This document shows positions 1 to 11,485 of a DNA stretch of 42,502 nt, one piece after another (position 1 is the first letter of the stretch; each line of letters begins with the position of its first letter). Under the pieces are notes generated by a model, which saw nothing but the letters and a program-made list of their open reading frames with translations, did not search any database and was not told the origin of the DNA. The translations under genes and the position numbers were made by a program. Source of the stretch: Paraglomus brasilianum (Eukaryota). The stretch lies in NCBI GenBank assembly GCA_910592345.1, contig CAJVPI010000207.1, positions 1 to 42,502 on the forward strand, written 5' to 3'.

Positions 1-497
1 TGTCATGTTAAAACTAGCTTTAGCGAGCCTGTCAACAGGATATCGTAGCTTGGAAATAAAGTCGCATTAATATCGTACCTATTTATATTATTATTATTAC
101 TGCTTGTCAACATTGGCCAATATACATGGTAGAACATCAATTACAGCATGCATACAATATCAAATCAATAGAATTTATGTCTTTACTTATATAGAATGCA
201 GGTTCAATGTTCTCAAAGACCAATTTTACAATTGACATAGTAGAAATCAGCATAATGTATAAAGCGCAAACTAAAATGTATTTGCTCAGACTAACCAAGA
301 ATTGACAGTTAGTATTATATTAGTGACAATGATACTCATAATATTGGTTATTATTATTTATTGACTGAAAAAATCGAAAACACAATAAGCTCAAATTGTG
401 TCTCTACCACTTCTGTTCTCTTGCCTATTTATATTACTATCTCAACCCAACAGGAAGCTCTTGTAAACCATATTTCAATTGTTATAACCAGATCAGT

Positions 498-2084
498 TCA
501 GTGCAAGTTGATTACAACCTTGGAAAGTTGAGAATCCAATCTTATTCTTGTTTCAGTAGATATGCTTCCTTTACCTTCTAAGTAAATTGACTTTAAACTG
601 TCTCCCATATGTTCTAATAGATTCTTAACAAAGTCATCATTAATATCATCAATTAAAATATAGAATGATTCAAGCTTTGCTGAACAGGTAGATAAAAATG
701 TATTAAATGCTGACCATGGTAGTTGATAAAAAATATCTAGCTTGAGAAATTTCACTGTACTTGGTAAATTTGATCCAAGCAATGATAATGACTTTGACAG
801 TAATTCATAACCTTGATAACAAGAATAAATTCTCCAAATACAAATGGACAACCTATTTAGATGTTGCCATAAGGGCAGAACGTTTTGTAGCAATAAGACA
901 GTCTCTCCTGGTTCCAGTATAATGTCCAAATCAGTAAGGCTTGGTGTACATATGGCACACTCTTTCCACAAGTTTATATCAAAACATATACCCTTAACAC
1001 GTTTTACAGACAGAATTTCCAAGCATGATTTTACATTTCCAAGCAGTGCATAAATACCATAATCATTGGTTGAAACAGTCTCAAGTTTAAGAATACCAAG
1101 ATTAGAAAATGCATCTGATGCTAACTGCAAAGGAGATTGTGGGCATAACATGCAATTAGACAGTTCAACATAATAAAGGTTTGTACATAGAGCACAAGCA
1201 TTGATTATGTAATAAATATCTGAATTAGCATAAGGTATCTCAACTCTTTCTAGACTCCTTGCTTGAGTGCTTAATGCACTTCCGATTTGCTGTAAGCTAA
1301 TTTCTTGAGGCTTAAAATCGAGGTTGAGTTGTACAGCCTTTAAATTTCTTTGGTTACATATAAGTTTGCCAACAGCATCACACCATATGGCATCATTAAC
1401 ACATGAAGTGTAATATGACCAATCAAATTTGAAAAATTCAAGGCTAGTTAAGCACTCTGCAGCACTATGGAGAATATCTGGATGGAATTCTTGTGAATAA
1501 TCGAGCCGCTTCAACTGCCCGAGATTGGGTTTTATGCCTCCGACGTTAAAAAAATTCCAGGATTTGGCGGTCCATTTATAGCTGTGAAATTTGTCATCGA
1601 AACTTAGACCTGTCAAATCAATTTCCCTTAATGAAGGACAGTTTGCGACAATTCCCTTGCACAATCGCAAAAGCAATAACCGTGTATCCGTTTCAGAGAA
1701 ACTGTCCAGACCTATCATAGCATTGACTATGTCAAGATAGAATTCTACTGCATTAATGCAATAGATAATTTTCATTGTACGAATAAAACTTAGATAGCTA
1801 AACGTCGGTTGTGTATTCCGAGGTGGCATGTGAATTCCCATTAAATATTCCAAATCTTCAAAACAATCACTTGGTAGTAGCTGTAAAAACGACTTTACCA
1901 TTGCACCTGCTTTATGACCGCTCCAATAGAAAGGTGTATGCCATAGATGCACAACAGCGCATTCGCTCCACATTTGGTTAACAAGCAAGCATGAGTAAAG
2001 GTCGCCACTACTCTCGGACAAGTGAGAGATTATCTGTGAAAGACAGAGAAGAGGAAGATTCGATATATTTGAGTAGATTGACAT
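498..2084 (-). CDS. F-box / RNI-like leucine-rich-repeat protein (528 aa, intronless)
   Basis: Uninterrupted ORF. The N-terminus LPLLCLSQIISHL...DLYSCLLVNQMWSECAVVHLWHTPF fits the F-box-like motif common in early-diverging fungi. Downstream are LRR-type units such as CPSLREIDL, LKRLDY, LCTNLYYVELSNC, FSNLGILKL and TPSLTDLDI. Confidence 0.85.
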   Translation of the reverse strand: MSIYSNISNLPLLCLSQIISHLSESSGDLYSCLLVNQMWSECAVVHLWHTPFYWSGHKAGAMVKSFLQLLPSDCFEDLEYLMGIHMPPRNTQPTFSYLSFIRTMKIIYCINAVEFYLDIVNAMIGLDSFSETDTRLLLLRLCKGIVANCPSLREIDLTGLSFDDKFHSYKWTAKSWNFFNVGGIKPNLGQLKRLDYSQEFHPDILHSAAECLTSLEFFKFDWSYYTSCVNDAIWCDAVGKLICNQRNLKAVQLNLDFKPQEISLQQIGSALSTQARSLERVEIPYANSDIYYIINACALCTNLYYVELSNCMLCPQSPLQLASDAFSNLGILKLETVSTNDYGIYALLGNVKSCLEILSVKRVKGICFDINLWKECAICTPSLTDLDIILEPGETVLLLQNVLPLWQHLNRLSICIWRIYSCYQGYELLSKSLSLLGSNLPSTVKFLKLDIFYQLPWSAFNTFLSTCSAKLESFYILIDDINDDFVKNLLEHMGDSLKSIYLEGKGSISTETRIRLDSQLSKVVINLH

Positions 2085-3282
2085 AATATGTACAAGAAAT
2101 AGACTATGCTATGTTCAGATGATGCGGTCTATTACTATATATTACTGACATCTTATTGGCGGAAAATGAACCTGATCATCAATTTATTGCATTGCTAGTG
2201 TTAACTATACTATTACCGTTACGTCGCACGTAAAAAAAATTCTATATTAATATTAATACCGGACATGGTTTCTAGCATCAATTTATTGTCAGAACGCGTA
2301 TGATAGGTTTGCCCATTCGCGATATTGTTAAGCTAATTTTTATGTTAAAATTCTGACAATTTGATTGACTAAGATGGGAATAAAATTAACTATCATAAAC
2401 TGCCCCCCCCCCCCAGGTAGAGGAAATAGATGTTTATGGTAACCAAATTACTAAGATAGGAGAACAATTAAAAATGTGGATTCGGCCGTGAAGAGATTAG
2501 AAAGGAAATTATCAGAAGCGAGTTTAGTAAATAACATTTACGGAATCAAATATTGTCTAGCATGTAAGGACGTAATTGAGGAATTTGCTCATGTCTCTAA
2601 CATTCAACTTCAAAGGGAGATTCCTTCACATACCGTAATCTCTCATGTATTCTTAAAATCTGGCGGAATCGTCCGATAGAGTGGATGCATTAGAGCTGTT
2701 TAAAAAAGGGACAAAAGGTTATTTGAGATCTTATATATCCGTAATAATAATATAATAGATCCTTGCAGACAAACAATCAGGCACAATATTATCTTAATCA
2801 TTAGTAAGGAAAAATTGGCCAAAGGTCTATAGATAACATTGACACTATGTTCTTATAACAATAAATTTGATATACCTGACTCTCTTGATTCCATCCGTAA
2901 TGAACAGCAGCTAATAATGTTTGATAAATTGATATGAAGCCATAAACTTGGATATCATAGTTCGATAACAAGTTCTTTTTAAATTGGCATAGACCGCTTA
3001 GTATTTTAGGGAAGGAAGAGATAAAAGTAAGACATTCGCCCATCGGTGATAATACCCACATCTCTTGATCTGTCGCCACCTTGCCTACCTCCTGAGCTTC
3101 ATGCATCATCATATTTACACTCCCATCAGCTCAAGAAAACGTAATTAATTTGCTTCTTCCGTTTCGACGGCCGCATTCCGCGTAAATCTATAATTGTAAA
3201 CTTCGTTAGATTGTCCGGATGGTCGTTCGTACTTTTTTTTGTTAAACTACTGCCATTAGCATTGATAGATGGTGAGCCAGCG

Positions 3283-4562
3283 TTAGCAATAGAAGAGGCA
3301 TTTGACTAGTAGCAAACAAAGTGACTCTTTCATGATAAGAACTATTGGAGAAATAACGTCTGAAAGAAGGAAGACCAGAGATGACAGCAATAAATAGATC
3401 TTGTCCTGATCCTTCTTCTCACAGTTGACAGCTTGCCTTTTGGGTTTCTTGACGATAGAGTCTAATTTAGCTGCAGCCGAAGCGGTAGCAGTATTACTAC
3501 TCTTCGATGCGCCCAGATTGGCCAGTTTGTCTGCTGCAATATTAGCCTTCGATTTGTGGTGTGCCTTCACCCATTTCTTTGGAAGCATATTTAGTAAATA
3601 TAATTTCAATATATGGTTGTGTTGTCACCCTATCAGTCAGTGATTCAAACGACTCACAATATTAACCACTCCTTCTCTTGACCTAATAAGCGCGATCAAC
3701 CTTCGGAACAAATCTTCGTTTGCCACTGGTTTGTTGTTCGATGTCTTCCATCCACCGTTCTCATTCTTTTCTTCATTCGCTTCCCACTTCGTTATCCACT
3801 TTTGGTACGCTAAGAGAATGTGAAGAACGATCATGAGTGATTTAGAACAAAGATTAAAAGATCATGATAACATACCCTTCTTTAAATAGATGCTGTCAGT
3901 GCACACTAACAAAGCCGATTTTGTATCATTACAAGTTTCCAAGGCACGGATTGCTGCCTATTAAATAAGTCGACGGGATTAGAAGAAAAAGAGCAATCTA
4001 CGTCTACAACGTTCCATTCATTTACATTAGAAGTCCACACAAGCATGTTCGATTTCCTCCTTCAACGTACCATAATTTCAGCTCTTTGATTTGTTTGTCT
4101 ACCGTCTTCCAATGGTTCATTCAAGTTCCTATCATCAAGGGTAGGCACAATATTAAGATTAATCATAGAATCATTCACCAAAACAGCTAATACGAAGAGT
4201 AATTTGTTCAAAAACCTTGGATCATCTTCACCCCAAAATACACCTATACCAGCTCGAGCATCAGGTTGGCCATTATTGATTGCACAACCATCAATATGAA
4301 CAATCAAAGATTTTCCGTCATTGGATTTTTGAATGACCGATGAACGTTGATAAGAGCGCATTAGAACTTTTGTGCTGATTGCAGAATACGGTTTATCTGC
4401 CACAAGTTCAGCAAACAACATCGTCCGACAACATTGTATAGGTCTAAGCTTGAGCTGGTATTCTAGTGCCTGCCCGATGGCTCTTCCTATAACTGTCATC
4501 TGTGACGTAAACTTCTCTCTTTTGTTCCATAATTGAAAATTTAACATGGTTTTTATTACCAC
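3283..4562 (-). CDS. Ribonuclease H (RNase H1-type catalytic domain), multi-exon; 5' and 3' ends uncertain
   Basis: Removing GT-AG introns at 4215-4129, 4070-3958, 3875-3810 and 3657-3577 gives ...SLIVHIDGCAINNGQPDARAGIGVFWGEDDPR/NLNEPLEDGRQTNQRAEIM/AAIRALETCNDTKSALLVCTDSIYLKK/AYQKWITKW...GWKTSNNKPVANEDLFRRL...VVNI/KWVKAHHKSKANIAADKLANLGA. All D-E-D-(H)-D catalytic motifs are present and in frame. Confidence 0.9.
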
Positions 4563-5471
4563 GTGACACGGCTCAATGGTTGTGGAACCATAGAAATCGG
4601 CTCAGAGTGCAGAAGTATCAAACGAGAAGCGTTCCAAGACTTTATTCAAGTCAACATTACATGGAATTTAGCCATACTTCTTGCACTAGTTCCTCGTCTC
4701 TTCTGTAAATTTGCCTATACGTCCATTTTGTGTAGAATAACGCATTCTTATAATACTTTTTGTAGTTTTCTCTTTACTGTGCATTCAACCTTTTCACTTG
4801 AATTGGCTGTGCTCTTCTCTCTTGATCTCAGGTAGTGTTTGCAAGCAGCTAATTGCATTTTATGTTTGAATACTTTTAGTTTGTATTTGATCGACTATGA
4901 GAATTTGTGTATTTGAAGAAACGTGTGCACGAACGACAAATTATAGACAATAATTTATTCTAACTCTTATTTTATTCAATACAAGCATTAGTGTTACTTG
5001 CGTTTGAACGCAGATTGCCGAAATATAAATATTTAGTATTTAATTATTGATTCTTATGTTTATTGCGCGCTCAATTGACGTGGACATGTTCTCGATTAGG
5101 AACTGTTCAAATTTCAAGATTAAAATTATAACGTTAACTGTCAAGCAGAAGCTAGTTAACATATTAAAAGATGGTTGGACGATTACTGATATTTTGAGAA
5201 AGGACTGCGACATAATCAACCAATAACATCTGATTTTGATATGTTTCGTCATCATTTTGATAATGTATATATACACACTTTGTCTCTGGTCTTTTATCAC
5301 AATCTCAAAATTCTTGTTTACTTTTCCCCCCCCCCACTCGTATAGTGTCGAGTCTCACACTGTCCTTTCCTTTCATCTTGGTCATTTTTATAATAAGGCA
5401 TGAATTTATTTATTTGACAATATTTCGAAATATTCGCCTTCAAGGAAATTTCGTTAACTCACCAAAAACAA

Positions 5472-5663
5472 CTGGAAGTCTTTTTCATTAACGCATTGAA
5501 ATTGTGCTGGAAGTCTTTTTCATTAACGCATTGAAATTGTGCCGGAAGTCTTTTTCATTAACGCATTGAAATTGTACCGGAAGTCTTTTTCATTAACGTA
5601 TTGGAATTTGCCGAAAAGTCTTTCTCGTTAACGCATTGAAATTTGCTGAATTTTTCGTTAATC
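5472..5663. repeat. 35-bp minisatellite, about 5.5 copies
   Basis: Head-to-tail unit CTGGAAGTCTTTTTCATTAACGCATTGAAATTGTG, with copies starting at 5472, 5507, 5542, 5577 and 5611 and a partial copy at 5646. Copies degrade toward the right and there are no spacers. Confidence 0.95.
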
Positions 5664-6338
5664 TATAAACATTTGAAAGACAAAAAGGTAACGTTTGTTT
5701 AGCCTTCGGTTGCTAGATATTAATAATACGCTAATACTAATTTCACCAAATATATGTCACATCCAGTATTCGTCTCTACTGAAGGTCTTGACCAAAACGA
5801 GGTTCCATGGCCGTTGGATATTTGAGAGAAACCTTTAAGCTTTGATATTTGTTTGCGACTTTTGATATCGGAGCATTGGATGGGCTGATAATTAATGGGT
5901 TCTGCGGCTGGACCGTTACTGAACATAATGATTAGACAATCCACTGTTTTCAATATTAGGTACCTTTGTGTAACGGTTGCAAAATAGATTCGATTTAAAA
6001 AAGAAACACATTAATATGTCTAAGTTATCTATAACTTGTAAGCATTATATTCTGCTACCGATTTTAGCGTCATGTAAACTTATATTAAGACACAAAATTA
6101 GGTAAGAAATATGAATAAAGTCTGAGGCTACCAAACTAGGGTAGTCACATGATTTGATTTTATTTAACGAGATTGATTACAACGTCATATACATATGCTG
6201 GGTCAAAAATATTGGTCGCTCCTCGAAATTTACTAGTAAAACATAGTGAGAATCTTTAATTTTGAAAGCCTCTATTGTCCATGCGCAAATTATGAAATTT
6301 AAATAGTTACTGTAAGGAAGAAGTTCTTCGATAAAGTG

Positions 6339-6386
6339 GCAGTATTTATGTTACATACTTTTTCCTATGTATAACATAAATACTGC
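6339..6386. repeat. Inverted repeat / hairpin (15-bp perfect arms, 18-nt loop)
   Basis: GCAGTATTTATGTTA (6339-6353) is the reverse complement of TAACATAAATACTGC (6372-6386). Confidence 0.85.
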
Positions 6387-7348
6387 GTTACAATAACAGG
6401 GCTGAAAATATCATTATTGGCGGTCAGGAACGGAGAAAAGTTTTAGAAAGGGGCAAGAGCTTTGTTGCAGTGTGACGAGCCTGTTGGATCAATACAGCAC
6501 TGAAAGAGACGCAAGAAAGAGTTTAGGATATATGCCAATATAAACTCGTTATAGTTCATTGCACTTTTTTCTGGAAAAATATAACTAAGCTTTATAACGG
6601 TACAAAAATCATTGCAATTTACATAGTAAATACGACCAATAAAGATTTTCGGAAAATATTTTTACTACTAAATTTTGAGGAGTGACGAATTCTTTTGGCA
6701 TGGAGAGTGTTGGCAGATATAACGAAATTATCACCCGTATGATTATCTAGTTAGTCAGCCAAACATCAAGAAGCTTAGACAAAATTCTATATAAAACAAA
6801 GAGCTGTCTATCAGAATTTTGCATAATTTGTAAATGACATTGGTTGTATAGTCTGCGAGTAACATTTAAAAGGTCGACTTTACGTCAACTTGAACCATTT
6901 ATTCGTCATAAATGTTTTGTTTGGGCAAAAACTATATTATTTATGCTTTTCATGAGATAGAAGCTTGTGCCGAGAAAGAATTACAGGCTTAAAGCGCACA
7001 GAACACATATTAATATGAGGGATGAACTATGAAAATGGTGAATTTGCGTGATTATCAGAAAATCGTCATTTGGTGATCATCAAATCTCAAGCGACTGATA
7101 ATCTGTGGGTAGACTTTGTTTACTTCTGCGCAGTCCGGGACAAGTAACTTAAGGAATTTTGTCACCCCAAATTCTTTGTATTAAAAATACCTCCATAGTA
7201 TAAATTTTATTATAAACCCTCGCTAAAACTGTAAGATAAAGAAAATTTTCTGACATTTCTAACAAATGAACCTCCACAAGCCGAAGACATCGACTACTTT
7301 AAGATTTACCTCTTTAAACTGAATAATTTGCCATTTAAAGAATAAGTG

Positions 7349-7713
7349 TTACCAAACAATCTTGAACTTTAATTCTTGATTCAAAAACCATGGATAGTAC
7401 TGTTAGTCTTCATAAAAAAAAACCGCTGAAGCCATAGTTTCTACATCAGCGTAATCGCCGAGGTAGAATGTTCTGGCCTCAGCTTCTGGAAATTTAAATG
7501 CTAAAGTCTGAAGTCACGAATAAACACAAGAATAGCAGCAGAGAATATGTAAACCTAGAAATTCGGTTCAATTTAATGATACACTAACAGTAGAGGACAT
7601 TGTTCAAACCATTCAAAAGCCATCCGAAGGTGAGCCATTTGAAGACCACTTCCAAATATTTCTCCTTCAGTAGCTCTTTGTGCATTAGACAAACTTATAA
7701 TTATCGTGATCAG
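7349..7713 (+). pseudogene. Relic of the C-terminal part of a pogo/Tigger-type (DDE_1) transposase
   Basis: Frameshifted fragments LPN...IQ/PMDSTV (cf. LPPNTTSxLQPMDxGII), EYVNLE, NDTLTVEDIVQTIQ and LPNISPSVALCALDKLI occur in the order typical of pogo transposase C-termini. Many stops. Confidence 0.5.
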
Positions 7714-7828
7714 AACTGGGCAAATATTCTAATGATACGTATTGTGTAATTACGTCAATTGCTCCAGACCAGCGATGAGTTTTGGGAATGTGACGAATGA
7801 TAATTGGTAGAGTATTGATTGTCAAGTA

Positions 7829-8125
7829 CCGTAACTATCGTGAATAAGGGTCCATCTTCATCATATGAGGGGGCTCTTATTCATGAGATGTTTGGTTGCG
7901 CCTTAAAAACAATGCAAAATGATCTGCAAATCGTCACGTAACAATTGTCCGCGTTATCTCTATTATTACATAATCACGAACTATATTTCATATAATCAAG
8001 TAATATATGACGTCGATTGTTGATGTGATAAGGGGGGATGAGGGGCCAGCTATTCATAACATTACGGCCCTTATTCACGATAGCAATTTTTTCATATGAG
8101 GGGCCCTTATTCACGATAGTTTAGG
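7829..8125. mobile_element. Tc1/mariner-type MITE (297 bp) with TA target duplication
   Basis: Left end TA|CCGTAACTATCGTGAATAAGGG and right end CCCTTATTCACGATAGTTTAGG|TA form a 22-bp TIR with 2 mismatches. Internal copies of the (CATATGAG)GGGCCCTTATTCACGATAG motif lie near 7862, 8065 and 8093. Confidence 0.8.
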
Positions 8126-8658
8126 TAATTAAAACATGCAGTCCAATTTTTCCACCAATAGTGGCGATGCCGCAGTTTATCGTATAAATGACGTAATATA
8201 CTCGATAAAATAAACCCTCTTAGGACTGCGTCAACGTATATTATAATCATAAGCGTAACGAAATACCAATTTGCAGCAGCAATCCATTAAGAGTAATAAT
8301 CTGCACATGACTGAATCGGGGAATCATAATATAAACCAATCGGCATAGTTAGCATATTTTCTGCCAAATTAATCGTTCATACTTTTCGAAGCATACTCAT
8401 TATAGTTCGGAATATTACTGTTCAATCTATGATGAGAATGAGACAGAATCAGCATGCTAATTGTTTCCAACGTTTGTACAATGATATGATAGATCAATTG
8501 TAACAATTTTCGGGGCAAATAAAAACTTTGCCTTTTTTCAATGGTCATAGTCAAGTAGTATGGTAGAGTAATAAACGATATTCACTGTATTACAAAATTT
8601 GCATAAGAAGTAATTGTTACGCATTAAAAGCGTCGAAGTTTTGATTAATATTAAAAAG

Positions 8659-8840
8659 TTTGCTAATTAAATACTTCTAACCTTAATGTCCTTTTGTTCA
8701 AGACACATCTTTTTTGGTACTCGAAGTAATGTTTAAATGAGGTACAACCTTTGCTAATTAAATACTTCTAACCCTAGTGTCCTTTTGTTCAAGACGCATC
8801 CTTTTTGGCACTCGAAGTAATGTTCAAATTAGGTAAAACT
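8659..8840. repeat. 91-bp tandem duplication (2 copies)
   Basis: 8659-8749 and 8750-8840 align without gaps with 9 differences. Confidence 0.95.
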
Positions 8841-11485
8841 TCGTACCAAATGTGATATCACCATCAGCCACTCCAACTAAGTAGATAAAATTGTTTATAT
8901 TGATTAAGATAGGTTTATAAATAATAGACCCAATGAATGTGTTTGACAGTAAGCTGGCTTTTATATAAACCATTATTACTTGAATCAATTAAGGATGCTG
9001 ATGGTAATATAAAATTAACGCATATATCTTGTAATCCGATTTATATAAACAAGGAAAGTCTATTAACCTTCACGATAAGCAGACATGAAAACTTATTTGC
9101 TAGAAACGGTTTATATTATCTGTATCAAGATTCATTCTGCTGATAGTTGTTCTTAGTGGTTCTGTTACATGCACGGTTGAGCCTACTTTAGTGGTTCATA
9201 TCTAATAAATCCGGGGGGTGTGTTTCTTTTTCTTCTTTCTATAGTGCGTATTAATAAATGATTTAGATGTGCATGCTCGTATTCTTCACATGCTGTATAC
9301 CATTAAAATTACAAAAATGTCCTTTATTTTGCGAAAACAAGAGTTGCATACTATTACTTTAAACTCGATATAAAAATTGCATTGCCGAATATCATTCAAT
9401 TATTAACAAAAAATGGGTTTATTGGTAACCTTTCTCTGCTAAATGGCCTTGTAAAATGGAGTGCTAAACGTATTACATTACCAGAATATTGTTTTAGACA
9501 AGATAAACAAACTGGGTGGCCATATATAAAGGCTATCGTTGAGGCTGTTTGTTTAGTATCCCTCTGTGGTCACAATGTTGGCAATAACAAACATTTGATA
9601 ATGTAACAAGTTTTTTTAATCTATTAATACCAGTCTCTTAGTTATTCCAAGTGCTGCAAAGCACTCATACGTTCACTTACTTATTACTCATATACCAAAT
9701 TACATACCACACATTTTTTCATACCTTTCGCACTCGCTCTCACGTACTCGATATCTTTTTACCTTCATTGCCATATACCTTTTGTTCGCAGCATTTGAAT
9801 GATGACTGGTTTAACCAACAGCCAGAGGAATCGAAACATTAGGTTAACTCTCAGCTTTCGTGCACGTATAACCTAAATAATGACAATCAATGATTATACG
9901 CACAAATAAGATGCACATCTCTCGGGAAAAGAAAAATTTTTAATGCTCTGTTCCAGAGAACGAGTTACCACACAAACACTGAAATCCACTTTGCAAAAAA
10001 TTCACAATCCATCAGCTGAAACGTTGACAAATTAATACGCGTTGCGTTTATCGACGACTTAAATTCGAAGCGCGTTTCAGAATTAAATTTTTTTTGGAAA
10101 ATCAGGGTTTACTATGTGGTGAATAAGAAATCTGCAAAATAACGAACAATATGTTTGTTATACTTATCTTTCATGGCAAAAGTAATTCAACCCTATTATA
10201 AACCCCTTACAAAAATGTACAACTTTCGATATACACGCGGACGAACTTTCGTGTGTACTCAAACCAACTTACGAAAGTACCGCCATACTTTGTCAACAGC
10301 AGTTAGCCATTATTCTGGAAAATGCTTTTTGCAATGAAAACATGCGCTTCATGAAGACAGACTGTTGGCCAAAGTTAATGATGGCAATTGGTTTAAAGTA
10401 ACACACCCCAAACGAAGGTATCAATTACATCGCAAGCTTTCGGAAACCAAAATGTAATATTTGAATAAGATTTCAAAACGGTTTAATTTTTTTTTTCTGA
10501 CTAATTACATTCGTCTTTACAAAATTGTTAGTTGTTATAATATTGCTAAATATTAAAAATTTGAGTTTCCTTTACACACCTTCTTTTAATAATACTGAAC
10601 ACCCAATAATTTTTAACTTCCAGGCTTATAGCGCAAAAATGCTTTTTTATCAAATTTTCTGGAGCTAATTAATTATTTTTATACCAAGAGATTATCTGGT
10701 AAAAATAATACAACTAGTTAGTAACAATAATTACGTTTAGCTTCTCATTCGTTTGTATAAAGTCTTTTCGTTTAATTGTTATCAAATAGGCGCCGTTTAT
10801 TTCAGAGTATTTTTCGTCATAAGGCGCCTTTGCTAATATTTTAGTGTTCTATTTTAGTATAATGGTTTTATTATTACCAAATGTCAAGTATGTCAAGTTA
10901 ATGACATGCTACTTTATGTACTGTATTGTAAAATGCAATGGAAGAAAATAAAGTATAACAATAATTTATATATGACTGTATATCGTCTGGGTTGGGTTTA
11001 TTGAATTGAATTAAACTTTAAATGAGTTTAGAATCTTGCAATTAGATACTCTATTATTACTTGATGTCGAATTTGTTAATAACTCCATCGATATATCAAA
11101 GAACATATTGTGATTTAAAATCACTATATTAAGCGGTTGTGCAGAGTCAAAACCAGCCATTTTATTTATATATTTTGCAAGTCACCCACCCCCCCACTTT
11201 TTAGGCTAACAAAAGAGGAGGATGTAAGTATGACTATACTGTATTTTCGGAATTCAAGACAGAATAATTAGTAGAAGAATTAACAATTGCTTAATGAAAC
11301 TTGCCTAAATAAGAAGTGACATAATTGCTAACAAAACGATTTATAACTAAAAACTCTTGCGACATCATAAGATCCCAGATAGCAGAAGATGAATCTCGCG
11401 TATCTGACATTATTGCCGGGTTAGAGAGTCCAGTTAATATACGCCTTCCATATTAGCGGCACGTCGCCTTTTTAGATTTAAATTA

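Noticed and set aside
396..1053. Plus-strand ORFs 396-581 and 844-1053
   Set aside because: Antisense to the F-box gene with no recognisable features.
2476..3112. ORFs 2476-2679 (+) and 2801-3112 (-) as genes
   Set aside because: Short, with no motifs or supportable exon structure; at most an unidentifiable relic.
5472..5663. CRISPR array
   Set aside because: Units are directly head-to-tail without unique spacers, there are no cas genes, and the context is eukaryotic.
8369..10337. Several 60-75-aa ORFs
   Set aside because: Length expected by chance, many with non-ATG starts, and no family motifs.
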